From: Kiritimatiellia bacterium
GTDB lineage: Bacteria > Verrucomicrobiota > Kiritimatiellia > UBA8416 > JAWODU01
DNA: 64,000 bases
Reading direction: 5' to 3'
Assembly (NCBI GenBank): GCA_046483125.1
Contig: JAWODU010000085.1
Location: 1,430 to 65,429, forward strand
The notes below the pieces were generated by a model. The model saw nothing but the letters and a program-made list of their open reading frames with translations. It ran no database searches and had not been told where the DNA came from. The position numbers and the translations under genes were made by a program. Each line of letters starts with the position of its first letter. Position 1 is the stretch's first letter. Of this stretch, positions 30,396 through 40,400 are shown piece after piece.

Positions 30396-30679
30396 TGTCA
30401 AACCTGACAGCACGTTTTTCTGTGTAACTGTCCCTTTTTTCAGGTCATTAGCCGTTTTTCGACTCTCTCCCCCTTTTCCCAATACACTTAAACGCTTTCT
30501 TAACCGCCACCCTTTCCGCCGCGGCGGACGCACACCCTTAACCGACCTGCTTACTCGTCACGTGCCGGCCGTTGCAACAGAGTCGTTTAAGCGTATACGA
30601 CAAAGGGTAGCGGTTAAGTGTGCGATTAAGTGTTCCAACTCGTCCTACATCCGTTTTTGTCGCGGTAGAACTTTTGACA
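30396..30679 (-). mobile_element. MITE-like element copy 2 (inverted copy of 22187-22463)
   Basis: Near-identical reverse complement with the same TGTCAAA termini. Confidence 0.6.
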
Positions 30680-30736
30680 ATGCCTTTATCTCTTTCCGAT
30701 TTCCGGCTTAGTGCGAATAGCCGCATCTAAATCCCG

Positions 30737-33496
30737 TCAAAACTCCCCTCTCGCCATCCCGTTCGCTCCCTCTACCATCCTCACAAGCTCCTGCACCCTT
30801 TTATCCAGATGAAGTTCAAGCGACACCGGTCTCAGCACCCTGGCAACATCCTCATATGTGCTTCCCGCCGCGTGAGGACACCCCCGCAGTATTTCCGCGA
30901 ACTCCGCGACCCCCGCCGCAAGCTTGAAACGCGCGTCCATCCTGTTGAAATCGCCGGCCACGTCCGCGCCTCGCAGGGCCTTTTCTATTTCCTCCACTTC
31001 GCCGGTATCCATTCTTCTGTATCTTACACGCACCGTGGCAATAGCGTCCGCGTCGCTGCCCTTGAGTTTTCCATCCCGGAATTCCATCTCGTAGAGAGCC
31101 GTAACCGACTGGCCCGAACCCACTTCCCCGGCGTCAACCGTGTCGTCCCGGAACTGCTCCTTCCTGAGCTGGCGGTTTTCATATCCAAGCTGGCGGTAAC
31201 GCTTTACTTTCCGCGGGTTGAATTCCACCTGTATTTTCACGTCCGACGCGATCGTATTCAGGGTGGCGGCCATGTTGTCCACCAGCACACGTTTCGCTTC
31301 TTCTTTCGAATCGATAAAGCTGTAGGTTCCGTCGCCCTTGTTGGCCAGCTTCTCCAGCATCTCGTCGTTGTAAGTCCCGATACCGAACCCGAAGACCGAA
31401 CAGTAAATGCCCTGTTTCCTGTAATCGCTGATCTGCTCCAGTATGTCCTCGGCCGCGCCCGTACCCAGGTTCGCCGCCCCGTCCGACATGACCAGCACCC
31501 GGTTCGCCGCCCCGCCTTCGAAAGCCCTGGCCGCCTCAGCATAAGCCGTCCTCATGCCTTCTTCCAGGTTCGTGGAGCCCGTTGCGCGCAGGCGGTCCAG
31601 CGCCCCGAATATTCTTTCCTTTTCCGAAGCCGGGATGTGCGGAAGAACCAGCCTCGAATCAGAGCCGAAACGTACAATGCCCACCCTGTCGGAAGGCGCC
31701 AGTTCCGACACCAGCATCCTGACCGATTTCCTGACAAGCTCCATTCTGTCCGGCGTGTTCATGGAACCCGACGAATCTATAACCAGAGTCAGTACCGCCT
31801 TCTGCTGTTCTTCTCTGCCGAGGCGCTTGCCCTTGACACCGATTTTCATCAGGTACAGCCCACGCCCGAACTCCGAAGGAGCGCACTGGAGGTACACCCT
31901 GAACGTGTCCCTTTGCGGCGGATCGTATGCGTAATCGAAGAAGTTCACGAACTCCTCGGTGCGAACGGACTCAGCGGGAGGAAGAAAACCCCGCGTCATG
32001 TAATTCCGCGACAACGTGTACGAGGCGGTGTCGACATCAATGGCAAAAGTCGAAAAAGCCCGCTCCGAAGCATAGTAGAAAGGATTAACCCCGACAGCCC
32101 TGAACCGCGCCCCCGTTTCTTCCGGTTCCTTCGGTTTTGCTTTTGGCTCCTGTCTTTTGTAGAAATCAATACCTACTTCAATGTCTCCGGAATCCGAAAA
32201 GTCGACTTTTTCATTACCCTTGTTCACAATAACCGGGCTTTTGACTAAAGCCACCGAGTTGAAATCCGCGGGCTTGGGGCTGAAATCCGTAGCCGGGCCC
32301 GCGAACCTGGTCGGCGGCGATTCTTTTCCTGCCTTCTCACGGGATTCCGTCTCCGTGCGCTTCTTCTCTTCGAATAATCTGCCCTGAATCGGTATACCAC
32401 TGATCGCGGAAGCATGTTCGCCGTCCCCAGGCCGTCCTCCTGCTTCTCCCGACATGCGGCCCGTAACTTCTTCTCTCCTTCCATCCCTCTCAAGCCGGTC
32501 TGCATCCATCCGACGATAAATCTGCTCGGAAGCCCCATCCATGGTTTCCGCCAGCTCTGCCTCAGCCGGTGTCCCTGCATGCCAGAAGAAATCCTTCTTT
32601 TCGGCCTTTTGCGCCGATTCACCGCCTTCTGTGACTTCCTTCTGTTGTACGCCCGAATCAGCATTGGCTCTCTTCTTTTTTCCCGCAACGGCACTTCCCC
32701 GCGCGCCCGAGCTTCTTGATCCGAAAATGCCCTTCATTATCACCGGACTCTTAACGATGCTGTCCTCCAGGTCCGGGAATTCTTCCATCTCTTCAGCCGG
32801 CGCGGGCTCGCTCGGTAACGCCGCGCCTTCCTGCGCCGGCGCTTCCCGCTCCGGCCGCGATGCGTCCAGCTCGAAGGAAACAGACATATCCGCGCCCGCC
32901 GGTGCGCCTCCCCCGCCGCCGCCGAATCCTGTTTCCCTGTCATCTTCCCGCACTTCATGCGCTTCGCGTAAGGCCCTACGCTTCCGATGCCTTGCCTTCT
33001 CACTTCCTTCAGCTTTCCTGCCTGTATCGGGGCCTTGCAGTGTTGCCCGCGCGGATTTTGGAGCCCTGTATCCGGCCGTACTGCTGTCTGCTACCACTTC
33101 ACCCATCTTGAAAGTAGCTTTCATCATCGACGGAACCAGAATCCCCGCGAATACAAATGTCAGGAGCAGACATGCGGCGGCGGCAGTCAGGACGGGATGC
33201 GACGAAAACAACCAGTACACAACCCTGCTCCCGCCCTTCCGTCGGGCTCCTGCCTTCGCCCCGGGCAAGGCATTTGTTATTTTCTGCCGGCGGGAAACGG
33301 ACAGATGCTCCGGTGCTTTGGAAGGCGGCTGTGCCAGGGCATCACGCAACAGATCGAGGGTCGGCTCGATTTCCCGCATGTATGCCCGGCAGTCGCCGCA
33401 CTTATCCAGATGCGCCTTCACCTCCGCGGCGGTCTTCCCGTCAAGATCCCCCAGCAGATACGCCGTCAACTTTTCTCTTATTTCTTCACACTTCAT
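30737..33496 (-). CDS. ZAS (zf-HC2) anti-sigma domain - TM - long linker - YfbK-type vWA module (vWF_A + vWA + DUF3520)
   Basis: HLDKCGDC (HxxxCxxC), TM helix, STFAIDVDTASY, MIDAS DSSGS...TN...SDG, IASDVKIQVEFNP, AGEVGSGQSVTALYE. Confidence 0.9.
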   Translation of the reverse strand: MKCEEIREKLTAYLLGDLDGKTAAEVKAHLDKCGDCRAYMREIEPTLDLLRDALAQPPSKAPEHLSVSRRQKITNALPGAKAGARRKGGSRVVYWLFSSHPVLTAAAACLLLTFVFAGILVPSMMKATFKMGEVVADSSTAGYRAPKSARATLQGPDTGRKAEGSEKARHRKRRALREAHEVREDDRETGFGGGGGGAPAGADMSVSFELDASRPEREAPAQEGAALPSEPAPAEEMEEFPDLEDSIVKSPVIMKGIFGSRSSGARGSAVAGKKKRANADSGVQQKEVTEGGESAQKAEKKDFFWHAGTPAEAELAETMDGASEQIYRRMDADRLERDGRREEVTGRMSGEAGGRPGDGEHASAISGIPIQGRLFEEKKRTETESREKAGKESPPTRFAGPATDFSPKPADFNSVALVKSPVIVNKGNEKVDFSDSGDIEVGIDFYKRQEPKAKPKEPEETGARFRAVGVNPFYYASERAFSTFAIDVDTASYTLSRNYMTRGFLPPAESVRTEEFVNFFDYAYDPPQRDTFRVYLQCAPSEFGRGLYLMKIGVKGKRLGREEQQKAVLTLVIDSSGSMNTPDRMELVRKSVRMLVSELAPSDRVGIVRFGSDSRLVLPHIPASEKERIFGALDRLRATGSTNLEEGMRTAYAEAARAFEGGAANRVLVMSDGAANLGTGAAEDILEQISDYRKQGIYCSVFGFGIGTYNDEMLEKLANKGDGTYSFIDSKEEAKRVLVDNMAATLNTIASDVKIQVEFNPRKVKRYRQLGYENRQLRKEQFRDDTVDAGEVGSGQSVTALYEMEFRDGKLKGSDADAIATVRVRYRRMDTGEVEEIEKALRGADVAGDFNRMDARFKLAAGVAEFAEILRGCPHAAGSTYEDVARVLRPVSLELHLDKRVQELVRMVEGANGMARGEF

Positions 33497-33567
33497 AAAT
33501 CACCAGCGCCCCGGCCCTGTTATACCCCGTCTTTTCCGGCCTTCCTGTAAAATCTTTCCCTTTCGCG

Positions 33568-34125
33568 TTATTTCGCGCCTTTCGCAGTTCCTTCGGCTCC
33601 CTGCACTTTCTCCGCCATCTTTCTCACTGCGTGATGCAGTATATTCCCCACGTTGCCCTCGCTCCTGCCCGTCACCTCGCTTATTTCCCTGTACGACATT
33701 CCGTGCTCAAGACGCAGAAGCAGAACCTGCTGTTCTCTCGGCAACAGCGCCTTCAGATGTTCCAGCACCAGCGCCTTCCGCTCGTCTTTGCCGGGACAGT
33801 TCCTTCCGTCCGGACAGTCATCCTTTTTTTCCTCGGCGTGCCCTCTGTACAGTTTCTGAAGCCGCGATTCCCGCCTGATAAAATCCACCGCCTCGTTATG
33901 CGTAACCCGGTAAAGCCAGCTTTTCAGCCCGGCCGAAGGCCGAAGACCTGGTTTCCAGGCCCTGAAAAGCTTGATGAACACGTTCTGAACCACGTCTTCG
34001 GCAATGAAAGGGTTGTTGGTGATTCGCGACGCGTAACGAAGAAGCGGCGTTTCGTGCCGGGCCACAATCGCCTCCATGCGGGCCGCCCTGCCCGCGGCAT
34101 CTTCACCTCGTTTCGTACCTTGCAT
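33568..34125 (-). CDS. ECF RNA polymerase sigma factor
   Basis: AEDVVQNVF, KSWLYRVTHNEAVD, region 4 LLPREQQVLLLR...SYREIS. Confidence 0.93.
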   Translation of the reverse strand: MQGTKRGEDAAGRAARMEAIVARHETPLLRYASRITNNPFIAEDVVQNVFIKLFRAWKPGLRPSAGLKSWLYRVTHNEAVDFIRRESRLQKLYRGHAEEKKDDCPDGRNCPGKDERKALVLEHLKALLPREQQVLLLRLEHGMSYREISEVTGRSEGNVGNILHHAVRKMAEKVQGAEGTAKGAK

Positions 34126-34445
34126 CAGCGACCCTCGATCATGTCATTCCAACAGTGATAACGTATGTGACCCCCCGCTTCCTTCAGGATATTTGCCGAT
34201 TTTTTCTCCGAAAGCCAGAAAAATGCTGATCCGCCCCCCGCGCCGGCCCCTGAAACAGCCCCGAAACCCTCATCCTCCCAACATTAGAATTGCACATCGC
34301 CTGTTCCCTATTCTCAAGCGCACCTTCTCAAGCGCAAGCTTACCTCCAAAAGTCTCAATATCGATTACAGCTTAATATCGATCTCTATTGACCCTGAGGC
34401 CTCCTTCTTTTATCCCTTGGTAGTGAAAGGGTCTGAACTCTAATC

Positions 34446-36167
34446 ATGGATAACCGCAACCACCTGATTCAAATGCTCCAGCGCATCGACGGCCGCGGAT
34501 ACCCGGCCTACAGGGATATCCGCGGAGCTTACGATTTCGGGAATTTCACCCTGTTCGTAGACCACGTACAGGGAGATCCTTATGCCGCCCCCAGCAGACT
34601 CAGGATCTCCGTGCCGATGGAAATCGCGGCCTTTCCGGAACATTGCCTGAACAGCAGGATACGGCAAATCGCATTGCGCGATTTTCTCGCGCGCCGCTTC
34701 TCGCGGGCCTGCAGGGACGCGTGCTCGCGTCTCGGCTCGGGTAAAAGCGGAATGATCGCAATGGACGCGCCGGGACAGGAAATCCTGGAACGGTCGGCCG
34801 TCATGCTGTCGGATAATTCCGTTGAAGCGCGTTTTACAGTCGGGCTTCCGGCGCGGGGCAGAAGAATACTTGGGCGCCGCGCGGCCGATCTGCTTTGCGA
34901 TACTTTGCCGGCCATTGCCGGCTCATCGCTTCGTTTTTCGTCACTTGACCCCGATGAAGTTCGCGTCCATCTGGATACGGCGGAAGACGCGGAAAAACTG
35001 CGTCTTGCTCTCAAAGACCACGGCCTGGCCGCCTTTATCGCCGAGGGCAGTATACTGCCCAGACGCTCCGGCGTGGACGAGCGCCCCCTCAAGGGAAAGA
35101 CTGTAGTGCCCTTTGAAAGCCCCGAAAGCCTGGCGGTAACCATCGATATCCCGCACGCCGGACGGGTAACCGGGATGGGCATTCCCGAGGGCGTGACTCT
35201 GATCGCAGGGGGCGGTTATCACGGGAAAAGCACCCTGCTGTCCGCTGTCGAGGCCGGAGTCTATAATCACTTACCCGGAGACGGGCGCGAAAAAGCGGTG
35301 ACCGATCCCTCGGCCGTAAAGATCAGGGCTGAAGACGGCCGTAGTGTGGCAGGCGTCAACATACATCCCTTCGTAAGCAATCTTCCCGACGGAGGCAATA
35401 CGGAATGCTTCAGCACCGAAAACGCCAGCGGCAGTACCAGCCAGGCGGCCAATATAATGGAGGCTATGGAAACGGGTTGCCGCCTTCTCCTGCTCGACGA
35501 GGATACCTGCGCTACGAATCTGCTGATCAGGGACGCGCGCATGCAGAAACTTGTGGAAAAAGCGGGCGAACCGATTACACCCTTCGTGGACCGCGTAGGC
35601 CCACTGTTCAGGGAGAATAATGTAAGCAGTATTCTGGTTCTCGGCGGCAGTGGCGACTATTTTGACAGGGCCGATACGGTTATCCGCATGGAAGCATATC
35701 GTCCCCGAAACGTCACCGAAGACGCCAGGAAGATCGCCGCTCAACAGCCCACGGGCAGGGCCGCCGAATCCGTCGGGGAGTGGCCCGGATCATTACGCGG
35801 CAGGATTCCCGATCCGCGCAGTCTCAGCCCTCGCAAAGGAAAACGAGAGGTCAGCATCAAGACACGCGGCGTGAGATACCTTCTGTACGGCACGGAGGAA
35901 ATAGATCTGAGTTTCGTTTCGCAGTTAGCGGACCCCGGTCAGGTACGGGCCATAGGCCGGGCGATTTATGCGGCCGGGAAACGACTGGAGGCGCAGGGCC
36001 GGAAGGAAAGCGTTGCCGAGCTGGCCCATGCGCTGGCCGCCGAAATCGCGCAAAAAGGTCTCGACACACTGGATGACCGTCAGTTCGGCGATTATGCCGC
36101 ATTCCGTCCCTGCGAATTTGCCGCGGCCATGAACAGGCTGAGGACATTGCGAATGGCCGCGCCTTGA
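34446..36167 (+). CDS. ABC-class ATPase domain protein (ABC_ATPase/PF09818-like, non-transporter)
   Basis: HVQGDPYAAPSR, GGGYHGKSTLL, IRAEDGRSV, STENASGSTSQAANI, LLLDEDTCATN. Confidence 0.9.
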   Translation: MDNRNHLIQMLQRIDGRGYPAYRDIRGAYDFGNFTLFVDHVQGDPYAAPSRLRISVPMEIAAFPEHCLNSRIRQIALRDFLARRFSRACRDACSRLGSGKSGMIAMDAPGQEILERSAVMLSDNSVEARFTVGLPARGRRILGRRAADLLCDTLPAIAGSSLRFSSLDPDEVRVHLDTAEDAEKLRLALKDHGLAAFIAEGSILPRRSGVDERPLKGKTVVPFESPESLAVTIDIPHAGRVTGMGIPEGVTLIAGGGYHGKSTLLSAVEAGVYNHLPGDGREKAVTDPSAVKIRAEDGRSVAGVNIHPFVSNLPDGGNTECFSTENASGSTSQAANIMEAMETGCRLLLLDEDTCATNLLIRDARMQKLVEKAGEPITPFVDRVGPLFRENNVSSILVLGGSGDYFDRADTVIRMEAYRPRNVTEDARKIAAQQPTGRAAESVGEWPGSLRGRIPDPRSLSPRKGKREVSIKTRGVRYLLYGTEEIDLSFVSQLADPGQVRAIGRAIYAAGKRLEAQGRKESVAELAHALAAEIAQKGLDTLDDRQFGDYAAFRPCEFAAAMNRLRTLRMAAP

Positions 36168-36296
36168 CCGTCACGCGCCTCGACACCCGAATCTGTGAAT
36201 TTATTCCTGCGTGAATCCTGAATCATTGGTTGATTTTCAGCGGGAACAGCGCCATGATATATGGCAGTTCGCAGAACTCCGGATAAGGAAACAGAT

Positions 36297-37442
36297 ATGT
36301 CCCCCGATCCGCTTACGCCTTACGGTAACCGTCCCATGGTTACGCCGATCGTTAACGCGGTGAACTACGAGTACCGTGACTTCGAGGTCCTTCGCCGGAT
36401 CACAGACGGCGAAATTGACGGATACACCTATCACCGCGATGACAATCCAACGGTGCGCGCCGTGGAAAAGAAAATCGCGGCCATGGAAAACGCCGAAGAC
36501 TGCGTCATCTGCACCACCGGCATGGCGGCCTGCACGATGACTTTCTTCACCTATCTCAAGGCCGGCGACAACCTGGCTATTTTCCATGACGTTTACGGCG
36601 CTCATTACAAAGTTCACCTGATACTGAAGAAATTCGGCGTAGACGTGACATGGATAAAAGCTTCAGAAAGCGCGAACCTGGGCGAATACATCAAGCCGAA
36701 CACGACAATGGTATTTCTCGAAACACCCAGCAACCCGCTGTGTAAAGTTATCGATATTGCCGCCGCCCGCAAAGCGGCTGACAAGGTCGGGGCAATGCTG
36801 GTGGTGGACAACACGTTCGCGACGCCTTATCATCAGAAACCTCTTGAACTCGGAGCCGACCTGGTGGTGCACAGCGTTACCAAGGGACTCGGTGGTCACA
36901 ACGACCTTATGGCCGGCGCTATAGCGGGTTCAAAAGAACACTACGAGAACCTGTGGTTTACACGGCAGGCTATCGGAACAACGCAGGACGCTTACTCCGC
37001 CTCCCTGATCGAAAGGGGACTGAAAACTTTTGATTTGAGGGCCGAAAGAATGGCGTCCAACGCCATGGCCATGGCCGAATACCTTGAAGGCCATCCGAAA
37101 GTACCGAGAGTGTCCTATCCCGGCCTGAAAGCAGATCCCGGGCATGAAACGGCTTCGATGCAGATGGAAAACGGATACGGCGGGGTTCTGGCCTTTGAAG
37201 CGGGACAGACCCAGGAAGACGCCAGGAAATTCATAAGCGCTCTGAATGTAATATATCATACGGTTAGTCTTGGCGCCACTGAATCACTGATATGCATACC
37301 GTATCTTACGACTATGCTCTATCTTCCGCCGGAACGCAGAGTCAGTTTCGGTGTCAGGGAAAACACCGTACGCCTGTCAGCGGGCATCGAAGAACCCGGC
37401 CGGCTTATACGGGACCTTGAACAGGGTCTGCGGGCTGTATGA
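36297..37442 (+). CDS. PLP-dependent Cys/Met metabolism enzyme (cystathionine gamma-synthase/lyase or methionine gamma-lyase family)
   Basis: YHRDDNPT, LETPSNP, VVDNTFATP, HSVTKGLGGHND (PLP Lys), VSLG..ESL, RLSAGIE. ATG 36297 follows AAGGAA (alternative start 36261). Confidence 0.92.
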   Translation: MSPDPLTPYGNRPMVTPIVNAVNYEYRDFEVLRRITDGEIDGYTYHRDDNPTVRAVEKKIAAMENAEDCVICTTGMAACTMTFFTYLKAGDNLAIFHDVYGAHYKVHLILKKFGVDVTWIKASESANLGEYIKPNTTMVFLETPSNPLCKVIDIAAARKAADKVGAMLVVDNTFATPYHQKPLELGADLVVHSVTKGLGGHNDLMAGAIAGSKEHYENLWFTRQAIGTTQDAYSASLIERGLKTFDLRAERMASNAMAMAEYLEGHPKVPRVSYPGLKADPGHETASMQMENGYGGVLAFEAGQTQEDARKFISALNVIYHTVSLGATESLICIPYLTTMLYLPPERRVSFGVRENTVRLSAGIEEPGRLIRDLEQGLRAV

Positions 37443-40400
37443 AGAAACGCGCCATCGCGCCTCTTTTAGCATTAATCCTCTTTGCCCCATTCTGCTCGCA
37501 CGCTTCGTCCATATCTCTGAATATTGCGCCGTCAGTAGAAGTCGGAACTCAGCATGCGCGCGTTACCATAAATATCAGGAACCGGGGTACCAGTCCCGCG
37601 TTCGGAGTTCACGCAAAAGCCGCCCTGCAGGGCTCGGACCTGACCGAATCGGCCTGCGGTACGCTGAAAGCGGGAGATGAATGGTCAACCTCATCCCGAA
37701 TAGAGCAACTGCCGTCCCGCGAGGGCACTTATACGATTGTGATAACGGTTCGCTACAGGGATTCTGCGGGGCGGCCCTTTTCCGCGCTGGCCTGGATTCC
37801 GCTGAATATATGGGAACCGTCGATTGAAGACCCCGTCAAGGCATCGCTCACTTCAACCGATATTGCCCGTGAAGGCAAAATAACGCTTGCTTTGGAACAT
37901 ACGGGCAGAAAATCGTCCTTGCCCGCGGCACCGCTGAAGGCCGCGGTAAAGCTTGTGCTTCCCGATGAACTCGAATGTGCCGACGCGGCCCGAAGCGCGT
38001 CCGTACTCCCCGGCAGCAAGACCGAACTGAAGTTCCACGTCCGTAATGCCTCGGCGCTTGAGGGAAGCGCGTACCGCGTGTTCGCCGTCGTGGACAGTGA
38101 GACCGGAGAACGCCATGAAAGCGTGGTAACTGCGGCCGTACTGAAAATACCGGAAAGACAGTTGCCCTTTTTTCTCCGCAAGCCCTTCTGCCTGACGCTT
38201 TTCCTGCTGTTTGTCCTTTCGTCCGCCCTAATGCAGGTCCCCTCCCTGAGACGCAAGTCACTGCGCGTACTGCCGGAAAGAGCTCCCCGAATCCTGAAGA
38301 CAGCTTTTCCCTTCCTGGTTTTTTCGGTACTGTTCGCAACTCTTTTTTTCTTTATCCCCCCGTCATATCTCCTGCTCGACACCATGACCACCGGCGGGGA
38401 TACGCCTGCGCACAACTACATTGCCGGACACCTGAAAACGCAATTGTTCCAGCACGGCAGAATCCTGTCCTGGGCGAACGGATGGTGGTGCGGTTTTCCC
38501 GCGTTTCAATATTATTTCCCCCTGCCCTATCTTCTGATTGCACTGCTGAGCCTTATTGTTCCTTTCAACATAGCCTTTAAACTGGTGAGTGTTTCGGGAA
38601 TATTCCTCCTGCCCGCCGCCGCGTACTTCTCGGGCAGAATCATGCGCATGCCCAGGCCTGTGCCAACGGTTCTTGCCGCATTCACACTGCCTTTCCTGTT
38701 TGATTCCTCACATGTAATGTGGGGCGGCAACATCCACAGCACTCTGGCGGGTATGATTGCCAACAGTGTCGGTTTCCCCCTTATGCTGGTTTTCATGGCC
38801 CGGATATGCCGCGACTCCGAGGACGGCGTGTTCAGGTTAAGGACGGCTCTTCTTCTGGCCGCGCTTATTGCATCCCATTTCTTCACTTCACTGCTGGCCG
38901 TAATCTGCGCGGCTTTCCTTCCCTTTGCGTACTTGCGGAGGCGCTTTGTCAGGACCGCCGTTATAGTCGCTTCCGAATGCCTTCTGGGCGCTCTCGTGAT
39001 GTCATGGTGGCTTATACCCCTGATAGCAAAGAGAGGACTCGCCGTGGACTTCGGATACAACTGGGATGTTTCTCTTGTTCAACATACTTTCGCGAGTTTT
39101 CCCGGCTGGATGGTTATCACGGTGTTTGCGCTCGCGCTGATTCCGCCGGCCGTTCTGTTTTTCCGCCGGCATTTCTTCCCGTACACGGTTCTCCTGCTGT
39201 GTATGATAATTGTATCCGCTTTTCTGTTTACCGCCGGTTACAGTCTCAGCCGCGTTTTTGTAAACGTCCGATTCTGGCCCTTTATCATGTATTCCGTGCT
39301 GTGTCTGGCGGCAATCGGAACCGGCATCCTGCTGAAGCGGCTTAAAGCGCCTCGCCTCGCGGCGGGCGCGGTACTCATGGTAATTATCATGTTATGCTCG
39401 GCGGATTCCCTGAACCTTCGCCGCTTCGCGGAATGGAATTACGAAGGCCTGGAAAGCAAGCATGGTTATCCGGTATTCCGGGAACTTGTTTTTCCGCTCG
39501 ACGGTTCCCCCGGAAGGCTGGCAAACGACCTCCACCCGGCCAATGAATCCATGGGGTCATCGCGGGCGTTCGAGTGCGTTCCCCACCTGATAGACAAACC
39601 GATACTCGAAGGCGGCATAGTTAACTCGGCTTTCGGGTCGATGTTTTCATATTACATTCAGGGGTTGACCTCGGAGAACACGGCCGGGTTTCCCAATGTG
39701 GTGATTCCCGCCACATTTGACTTTGCCAACGCCGCAAAGTACCTTGAGCTTTTCAACGTCAAGCACTTTATAGCGCGCGGCGCCGCTCCCCGCGCGTATC
39801 TCGCCCGTTCCAACGCATGGCGCCCGCTTCGCCGGTTCCGGGAATGGGAGCTTTACGAACTTACCACTCACGACGGCGGTTACGTGTTTGTGCCTAATAA
39901 AACCCCCGTTGCCGTTTTGTCCGACTTCGGTACGCGGCAATGGAAAGAGAACGCGCTCGCCTGGATGTATGTTCCCGCCGCCCTTGACTATCCCTTTGTA
40001 TTCATCGGCCGTTCCCGGAGTAATCAATTACCGTCATCCATTCCCGTTCTCACCGAAGCGGAATACCGGTATTTTCTTACAACTCTCATGGACAACGACG
40101 GCAGTATCCGCACGTGGCTCCTTCTGGGCCCTTTTGACCTGGTTTCAGAAACACATGACGAGGAACCGCCAGGCCGTTTACATCTTGACCCTGGTACGGT
40201 CGATCCCGTGTGCGGCAAGATAACTTCCGGGCGCCAATGGCGGCGGGCCCCCCTGCGCCTCCCTGTAAGACCGGACAGGTTCTACCGCCGCAATAACGGC
40301 CTGATTTACTTCACCAACAGAACAACGTACGCATTTGCGAACATCTTTTCGCGCGAGCATCGTGACGGAATACTGCACTACTCCGGAGACGATTCTCTTA

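Noticed and set aside
36168-36296. SAM riboswitch upstream of the Cys/Met PLP enzyme
   Set aside because: No SAM-I/II/IV consensus is recognisable and the spacer is short.
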